Position numbers and translations under genes: made by a program
Source of the DNA: a virus
IMG/VR virus record: IMGVR_UViG_3300045110_000277
Coordinates: 22,080 to 86,079 of that record
Direction: 5' to 3' (one strand)
DNA length: 64,000 nt
Shown: piece by piece, positions 57,556-64,000 of the stretch
Layout of the letters: every line of letters begins with the position of its first letter
Numbering within the stretch: position 1 is the stretch's first letter
The notes under the pieces: model-generated
Database searches by the model: none
Told to the model about the DNA's origin: nothing
Seen by the model: the letters and a program-made list of their open reading frames with translations, nothing else

Positions 57556-58485
57556 TCACATCGTGGGGATCTGGTCGAGCTGGTCCATCGTTGCGTCCGT
57601 CACCGACAGGTCGGTGCGGAGTCCCTTGTAGACGGGGAACCGGAGCTGCCCGTCCTTGGACTTGTTCAGGCACTCGATCTCACAGACCACCGGCCTGCCC
57701 TCATCCAGCTCCTTCTTGAGGTAGTCGATCTCGGCGCCCTTCATGCCGGTGCCGACCCGACCGATCTTGACCGGCTGGTTGGCCGAGTCGAGGAGCACCA
57801 GGAACATCGCACCGAAGTGCGCCCTGGCGCCCTCGCCGGGCTCATAGCCAACGCCGATGGCCGTGATCGAGCGCAGCGCCTTGAACTTGGTCCAGTCGCT
57901 GAACCGGCCACCGCGGTACTGCGAGCGAGGGTGCTTGGCGATCACACCCTCCATGCCCATCTCCTTCACGGTGTCGAAGAAGCCGGGGTCACGGCTGACC
58001 ACGCTGGACTGCAAGATGCCAGTGATCGGCACCTGCTCCAACAGTTGGCGACGGTCCCGGTAGGGCAGGTGGCGCGTGTCCATGCCGTCCACGTAGAGCA
58101 CGTCGAAGGCGATGAAGAACACCGGCACCTGGCGCATCGCTGCGGCCACGTCGGCTGGCTTGGTCTGCTTGTCCCGCTTGGCCGTGTCCTGGAACGATCC
58201 GGACTGCGCGACGATCTCGCCGTCGAGGATCACCGGGTCGGGCCCCAGGCACTCGAACGCAGCGCACAGGTCGGGGTAGCGGTGTGTCACGTCGCGGCCG
58301 GAGCGGTTGCGGAGCGTGAGCCCGGCACCGTCCCAGAACGCCAGCGTGCGCACGCCGTCCAGCTTGATGTCGAAGATCCAGTCCCGCAGGTCGGTGATCT
58401 TGACACCGGGCTTGGGTGGTGCGGCCAGCATCGGGATGATCGTCTTGCCGAAGCTGGCGAACGCCACCGGGTCCATCACTGTCAT
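57556..58485 (-). CDS. ATP-dependent DNA ligase (LigD/LigC ligase-like)
   Basis: KLDGVR, LDGEIV, AFDVLY, EGVIAK, WTKFK, LRFPVY. Confidence 0.92.
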   Translation of the reverse strand: MTVMDPVAFASFGKTIIPMLAAPPKPGVKITDLRDWIFDIKLDGVRTLAFWDGAGLTLRNRSGRDVTHRYPDLCAAFECLGPDPVILDGEIVAQSGSFQDTAKRDKQTKPADVAAAMRQVPVFFIAFDVLYVDGMDTRHLPYRDRRQLLEQVPITGILQSSVVSRDPGFFDTVKEMGMEGVIAKHPRSQYRGGRFSDWTKFKALRSITAIGVGYEPGEGARAHFGAMFLVLLDSANQPVKIGRVGTGMKGAEIDYLKKELDEGRPVVCEIECLNKSKDGQLRFPVYKGLRTDLSVTDATMDQLDQIPTM

Positions 58486-59327
58486 GCACTCACCTTGGCC
58501 TTCCTGGCCGGTTTGGCCTGCGCTGCCTGGGCCTGCTCGACGGCTGCTGCCAGCTGGGCCATGAGGTCCACGCCGCCAGCGGGCGTTGGCGTCCTGCCCT
58601 CGGACTTGGGACGCTCGCCGACGATGCCCGCGACCGCCTCCTTGCTGGCGATCAGGTCAGCCAGCGCAGCGGCGTAGGTGTCGGCGTACGTGGCCGGGTC
58701 GAACGGCTGCATCATCATCGGCAGCAGCAGGTCCACCTGGGCCTGCATCGGCGCCGGGATGGGTGGGATCATCGGCTCGACGATGGCGATGTCCTCGGTG
58801 CGGTACTGCTGCTCCATCACCAGCGCGTCGCCGAACGTGCCGAACCGGAACAGGCTGGCACGGCTGGTCGGCGTCCACAGGCCCAGCAGCACGATCTCCG
58901 GGTGCCGGGTGATGGTGTCGTGGAGCATCGCGTACGCCTGGGTCTGCGCCGGGTCGCTGGGCTGGAGCGCGTAGATCGAGCCGCCGGGCAGGATCTTGCC
59001 CTCGACGCCCTCGACCGGGTGCGGAGTGAGGCCGATGACCTTCTTGGTGGCGCCGAGCGTCGCGCTCTTGGCCTCGGCCACCTCGTCCTGCTCGACCACC
59101 ACGAACTGCTCGCCGACCAGCTTGGCCTTCTTGATGCTGGTGTAGGGCACCTCGTCGCCGGACGACTGGCACACGCGCTTCTGGTTGATGGTGGCCGGTG
59201 CGTGCTCGTGGCCACAGCCGCCCGTGCAGACCTGCTTGAGCGACTCCTCCTTGCGTACTGCGGTGTCCACGTCGGCGATCATGGTGACCATGCCGAGCTG
59301 GACGACGATGCCCTTGCGGAACGCCAT
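58482..59327 (-). CDS. ku: Ku-like DNA end-binding protein
   Basis: QLGMVTM...INQKRVC...EVPYTSIKKA...FVVV..DEV; AYAML; FDP..YADTY; VDLMAQL. Confidence 0.82.
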   Translation of the reverse strand: MAFRKGIVVQLGMVTMIADVDTAVRKEESLKQVCTGGCGHEHAPATINQKRVCQSSGDEVPYTSIKKAKLVGEQFVVVEQDEVAEAKSATLGATKKVIGLTPHPVEGVEGKILPGGSIYALQPSDPAQTQAYAMLHDTITRHPEIVLLGLWTPTSRASLFRFGTFGDALVMEQQYRTEDIAIVEPMIPPIPAPMQAQVDLLLPMMMQPFDPATYADTYAAALADLIASKEAVAGIVGERPKSEGRTPTPAGGVDLMAQLAAAVEQAQAAQAKPARKAKVSA

Positions 59328-59756
59328 GCCAACCTCCCGAGTTGGTTGTGCCCAAACGTACTATGTCTGACTGACCAGTACGGCCTCTCCGTCCATCTCG
59401 GCCACCGTGGCACCGGCTGCGACCAGCGCGCTGGCGTGCTCGGCACCGTGGTGACCACAGAGCGTGAGCGTCTGTCCGTTGCTGAGCGTGACCACGAACA
59501 GCGCCCGGAACCCGCAGCGGTCACATGCCTCCACTGGTTGCCTCCCCCGGGTGTCGGAGCACGATGACCTGGAAGCGTCGGCCGATGTGCTCGGCCTCCG
59601 ATGCCCAGTCTGCGGCCTCCGCGCTGTTGCGGAACGGGCCGTACAGGCCCTGCCTGGTGCGCACGGCGTACAGCACGCTGCTGTGTCGCCAGTTGCCCTT
59701 GGGTAGCTGGCAGATCGAGCAGTACAGTCCGCTGTCGTCTGGGTTGAACTCATGCC

Positions 59757-60614
59757 TCATGCGTCGGCCTCCTTCTTGGCCTTGCGGGTCTCGTGGTCGA
59801 CGCGCAGCACCACGCGCCACGCGGTTGTGCCCAGCGGTCGCCGGCCACCCTTGGTCGCCACCGGCCCGGTGATGAGGCGCTGGCGGAAGTAGTCACGCAG
59901 CGCACGCCTCTCGGCGTCCAGCCCCACGCCCATCCGGGCGTACCCAGCGTCGTAGACCGCAGCCTGCACCAGCCCCACGACCCACTCCCGGTTGATCAGG
60001 TGGTTGATCAGGTGCTGGGTGCTGCCCAGCTGGTCACCGACCGTGGTGGTGTGATTCACCGGCCTCACGCACATCACACAGTCGGTGGTCACGGGCGCCA
60101 CTCCGAGCCGAGCGTCGAACGCGCCGTACTCCTTGACGTAGGCCGTGATCAGCTTGGTGATCTTGGCGTTGTGGATGTCCTGCATCTTGCGGAGGGGGTC
60201 CGACAGCCCGCCCGACTTGACCTGCCAACGACCGTTGGCGTCCCGCTCGAACGTGATCCCCTCGTCGAAGCACATCGGCTCATGCCAGTCCGCGCCGGTC
60301 TCGGGCGAGTAGGTGAAGTAGTGGACCACCCACCGTCCGCGGTCGCTGTTGAGCCGCAGGTCCTGCGGGGTGTGGCCGTTGATCCGCTCAGCGGTGGTCT
60401 GGGTGTACCAGCCACCGGCGCGCAGCATGATCGAGCCGTCGGGGAAGTAGGACACGATGGCCGTGTCGTGCAGCCTGACCACAATGATGTCCTCGGCCAG
60501 CCGCTCGACGTAGGTGTTGTTGGCCACCTTGCGGCTGGTGCGCGCCAGCAGCTGTGACGCAGGGCCGTCAGCGAGGAACGCCTCGGCCTCTTGGTACGTG
60601 CGGATCACGTGCAT
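59757..60614 (-). CDS. Hypothetical early protein
   Basis: GGGAGG RBS; VRLHDTAIV...GGWYTQTTAERIN. Confidence 0.75.
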   Translation of the reverse strand: MHVIRTYQEAEAFLADGPASQLLARTSRKVANNTYVERLAEDIIVVRLHDTAIVSYFPDGSIMLRAGGWYTQTTAERINGHTPQDLRLNSDRGRWVVHYFTYSPETGADWHEPMCFDEGITFERDANGRWQVKSGGLSDPLRKMQDIHNAKITKLITAYVKEYGAFDARLGVAPVTTDCVMCVRPVNHTTTVGDQLGSTQHLINHLINREWVVGLVQAAVYDAGYARMGVGLDAERRALRDYFRQRLITGPVATKGGRRPLGTTAWRVVLRVDHETRKAKKEADA

Positions 60615-60646
60615 GGTCACCTCCCGTTGAAGTGTGGTGCCGGCCT

Positions 60647-60848
60647 CGTCAACGCCAGACATCTCGGCCGGGTCGATGATCCCTCTGCTTCACTACCTCC
60701 ACCTGTCGCCTACCGTGTCCTGGGCATCGTCGAGTGGAGGCAGGATGCCAGCGCGCCCTTTCCACCCCGAGCGTGATTGCTTGCTCAGCGGCTTCTCAGA
60801 CGACCTCCACCAAGGTCTTCGGCCTGGACCGAGGCTGAGACGTTGACG
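60647..60848 (-). ncRNA. Candidate pseudoknotted structured RNA / leader
   Basis: 10-bp closing stem, internal hairpins, 10-bp loop-downstream pairing. Confidence 0.45.
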
Positions 60849-60999
60849 GGATCAGGCCAGGGAACGCATCTGGGAATGACCGGCGTACGTCCGGTGCTAC
60901 CACGCTGCGATGTAACCCGTTCCTGCTCGCTGATCGAGCAGGACTCTTGTGTGCGTCGCCTCACCCCCACCCGTCGAGGGTGGGGCGACGCGCGACAGG

Positions 61000-61915
61000 T
61001 CAGCCGCGAGGGATGCCCTCGTGGAACAGCCAGTCGGTCGGCAGGTCGCCGCCGTGCGACAGGTGGGCGTCGAGCGCGGTGAACGTTTCGAGCCCGCGCT
61101 CCATGAGCAGGCCCAACGGCTGCCCGCTCTGCAATGCCACGTTGGCTTCCAGCACCAGCTGGCGTAGCTCAGCTAGTGCCTCATCAGGGTCCATCACTCC
61201 TCCTCGGCGAGCCTGTCTTCGATGTCCTCACCCTGAGCGATGGCCCACTCGCGCACCTTGGTGAGCATGTGGATCAGCCGGTCAGCGTCGGCCTCCAGCG
61301 AGGCCACGTCCTCGGCTGTGCTGGCGCTTGGCTCCATGATCGTGTTGATGGCGAAGATGCCAGCCGAGATGGCCTCGACCGCAGTCACCGGCTCGCCTGG
61401 TGCGTGCTCATCGCCGGTCACCGGGCACACCCAGCCGAACATGGAGGTCCAGACGATCTGCACCTCACCGCTCAGGGCCTTCTCGGGTACCTGGGCGATG
61501 GGGCAGCCGCAGTCCTTGCACCGGGTGCCGCTGGCCGGGTGGCTGCTCATGCGCCCTCCGTCTCCACGTGCAGGAAGTCCCGGCCGAACTGCCGTTCGTA
61601 GGCCACAGCCGCAGCAACGAGTGTTGGCGCGATGTCGCTCATCCGCTCAACGGCCGTTGGCAACATCGCCACGTACCGCTGGCAGATCACCTCGAACAGC
61701 CTGAGCCGCTCGGTGAACGACAGCAGGGTGCCGTCGTCGCGTGGCCCAGGGATGCTGGCGACGGACTGCTCGCCGTAGCCTCCGTGGGCGATGCTGATGC
61801 GTCCACCCAGCCACTCGCCGTTGTAGTTGAACGACAGCAGGTAGGTGGCGTCGTAGTAGGTGACGTGGGCGTGGAAGTCCGCGTCCGGGTGGTCGGTGGG
61901 GTCTTCGAGGCTCAT
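61000..61915 (-). CDS. Three small coupled early ORFs (61000-61197, 61194-61550, 61547-61915)
   Basis: Start/stop overlaps; 61000 ORF has the common MDPxxAL...LDxxL..GG.LP..W pattern. Confidence 0.65.
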
Positions 61916-62466
61916 GCGGGCATCACCTGAACCTCCAGCACGTGCGGGTCCTTGGCGACCTTGCGGGCCTCACGCTGGGCGATCCGCTCACCCAGGTAGG
62001 TCAGGCTGTCCCAGCGGACCAGGAGCCCGTCGCTCGTGCGCGTCCGGCAGTACAGCCGGAACCTCGCTTCGGCGCTCACGGGAGCGGTCGGTAGGAGACG
62101 ATCTCGCCCGGGTGGCGCTTGCAGATGGCCAGGACGGTGGACTGCTTGGCGACGATGGGCTTGCGCCGACCGACGAGGTACAGCTCGGCGTTCATGGGGG
62201 CCTCCAGTGGTCCCGTTGACCGTGGATGGATGGTAGTACCTTTGAGCAGATAGATCGAGGGTCCCGATAGCCGTCAGGCGAGGTGGTACCCACAGCATCC
62301 GAGGTTGTGCCGCATTGAGTCGGGTCAGCCCTCAGGCTGGTGGTCGGCGCGCGGCAGAGGCTGGCGGCCTCTTGTCGGAAACGAGTCCGTGCATCCTGCG
62401 TGGTGCTAGTTGGTGCGGTACAGCATTGGAGTGCCCTTCTGTGCTGCCCCGTTGGCAGACGGGAGC

Positions 62467-62509
62467 GTGCCCGGCCCAGGACTCGAACCTGGAGAACCCA
62501 CATCCGGGC
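62467..62509 (-). other. tRNA-like minihelix (acceptor stem + T arm only)
   Basis: GCCCGGA-TGTGGGTTCT-CCAGG TTCGAGT CCTGG-GCCGGGC-A. Confidence 0.6.
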
Positions 62510-62583
62510 TGCGAACGGCCGTTCGCGTCAGGCCATGTGCCGGCCGACGTACCACTCGGCGAGCCGGCACAGGTAGAACGCGA

Positions 62584-62757
62584 TCACTGGTCGGCGTTGG
62601 TGTAGACGGCCAGCAGGGCCAGGCCCCGCTCGACGCGCTGGCGGTCGGCCTGCTCGTCACGGCCGACCTTGCGACCACGGGTGAAGCACAGGCTGTGGCT
62701 GATGACCAGCACCACGACCAGGAGAGCCCACAGGCCGCTGATCTCGTGTCCGTGCAT
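62584..62757 (-). CDS. Small single-TM protein
   Basis: MHGHEISGLWALLVVVLVI; 57 aa. Confidence 0.55.
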   Translation of the reverse strand: MHGHEISGLWALLVVVLVISHSLCFTRGRKVGRDEQADRQRVERGLALLAVYTNADQ

Positions 62758-62928
62758 GGCTTCCGTCCCTTCGTCAGTCGAGCCCCGTTGGCTCGCATGG
62801 CTGCACGAACGCTGGCACCTCGCTGATGATGATGGGTGTCTCAGCGGGCAGGGCTCGTGCAGCCGTGCCAGCCCAGGGCTACCCGTCGCAGGGCAGCCCT
62901 GGGGGCTTGTTGCTCGTGCAGGTGCGGG

Positions 62929-63381
62929 CTACTGCCGGACGCTGGCGAGCAGGGCGTCGAGGTCGACCACCTTGCGGGTGGAGGACCCAGAACCGACCTC
63001 GGGCACGGTCGTGAGACCGACCTTGAGGTTCCAGTCGCCGCTCTTGGTGATGGAGATGCTCGCCGAGAGGTTGCGCACCTCACCGGTGGTCGGGTCGAAC
63101 GTGACGGGACCAGTGCCGTAGACGCGCGGACGCTGGTCCTCGGGCTTCACGCCGTCGGCCAGCACGCCGTCCTTGGTCATGCCGGTGAGGCCGTGGGTCA
63201 GGATGAAGTCCTGGCCCTCGTACTGGATGACGCTGGGCAGGGTGTCCGCCAGCGCCGGGATCGCCGATCCGAAGCCGGGGTTCGTGCCGAAGGCGAACCA
63301 GGTCTTGTCCTTGCCCTTGACCTGGCGCTCCTGCAGCGGGATGTCCTGGCCGCAGACCGTGATGATGCGGTATCCGAGCAT
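62929..63381 (-). CDS. Hypothetical early protein
   Basis: AGGAG RBS before ATG 63381; strong codon bias. Confidence 0.75.
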   Translation of the reverse strand: MLGYRIITVCGQDIPLQERQVKGKDKTWFAFGTNPGFGSAIPALADTLPSVIQYEGQDFILTHGLTGMTKDGVLADGVKPEDQRPRVYGTGPVTFDPTTGEVRNLSASISITKSGDWNLKVGLTTVPEVGSGSSTRKVVDLDALLASVRQ

Positions 63382-64000
63382 GGCTGTCTCCTGACAGCTC
63401 GTGCCGTCGGCCCGTTGCCGATGGCCCACCGACACCAACGCTCGTTGGCATCGGAAGGTCGTCATCTCCAGCATCGGGCACCGCTCGTGCGGATGGCAGT
63501 CCGCGCGGGTACTCGTGAATCGTGATGGCTGTGCCACTAGCAGCTGGCTAGGCCATCTTCATGCTCGTGGAGTCGGGCTGCCACCCTCGTCCACCACTGA
63601 CTACCTACCTTCGGCAGTCAGAAGCCTGTTGCGCTCAAGGAGTCGCTCGTAGTTCGCGCGCTCCTGCTTGGTCATTCGGACACGTACACCCCTGCGCTGG
63701 GCTCGTGCAGCCTTGCGCATGTGGCGCACGAAAGATCCCTGGGAGACCATCGGTCTCACCTCGCTCGTGTCGCTCGTGCTCGTTTGCGCTGAAGTTAGCG
63801 CGCGCTAAGCATTGTGACGCTGGGTCACCGGGCCGCTACGGCGGGTGACCGTTACCCTCCGCGCCCGCGTGGGCGCCGTGCGTGCGCGCCCGCACCCGTT
63901 GGGGCGCGTGCGTGCTCTCACCCTCACCCGCGCCCCGTGGGGCGACGCGCGACACCCTGGCGCCGTGCGCCGTGTCCGTTGCGTGGGGGAAGCGGGGCGC

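Larger units (their letters stand above)
2456..63449. repeat. Dispersed 16-bp palindrome GNSAACG-N2-CGTTSNC
   Basis: 32 copies with the exact AACG-N2-CGTT core found by eye, plus about 20 near-matches. Confidence 0.9.

Noticed and set aside
60740-60800. Hammerhead ribozyme (CTGAGAA...GAAA on the minus strand)
   Set aside because: The core does not fit CUGANGA and I could not build the three stems.
62511-62526. Palindrome as a plain host LexA SOS box
   Set aside because: A few copies fit CGAAC-N4-GTTCG, but most half-sites are CCAAC, ACAAC or TCAAC with a fixed inner G..C; kept only as an alternative to test.
62467-62540. Complete tRNA gene
   Set aside because: No room for D or anticodon arms; reported as a minihelix instead.
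2456-63449. Palindrome copies as a CRISPR array or REP/MITE elements
   Set aside because: Copies are only 16 bp, irregularly dispersed and mostly intragenic, with no spacers, cas operon or transposase.
1-64000. Reverse transcriptase/DGR/retron, integrase, or alternative genetic code
   Set aside because: No RT or recombinase motifs seen; genes are intact under code 11.

Overview
A ~69% GC window from a large tailed (siphovirus-like) actinobacteriophage; terminase, portal, capsid, endolysin, DNA polymerase and integrase are not visible here. Layout: 1-27.1 kb rightward virion module (fibre-like Gly-rich and repeat proteins, connectors, tail tube, chaperones, tape measure, GH26-like tail proteins, holin-like genes); 27.3-42.7 kb rightward recombination/replication/regulation module (RecB/Cas4-like nuclease, Acb2/Tad1-like sponge, Sak4-like ATPase, SSB-like protein, primase-helicase, two LuxR HTHs, HNH, WhiG-like sigma, metallophosphoesterase); 42.8-63.4 kb leftward accessory arm (Lsr2, RuvB, WGR, VWA + MoxR ATPase, ATP-dependent ligase + Ku). 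Most striking: (1) an apparent copy of the actinomycete late-sporulation circuit (sigma-WhiG plus tandem receiver-less BldM-like and WhiI-like DNA-binding domains); (2) sigma28-type (C/A)AG(A/T)-N15-GCCGA(T/A) elements before virion genes; (3) a 16-bp palindrome GNSAACG-N2-CGTTSNC in dozens of copies, mostly inside coding sequence; (4) candidate structured ncRNAs and an armless mini-tRNA. All family calls are motif recognition by eye from memory; no searches were run.
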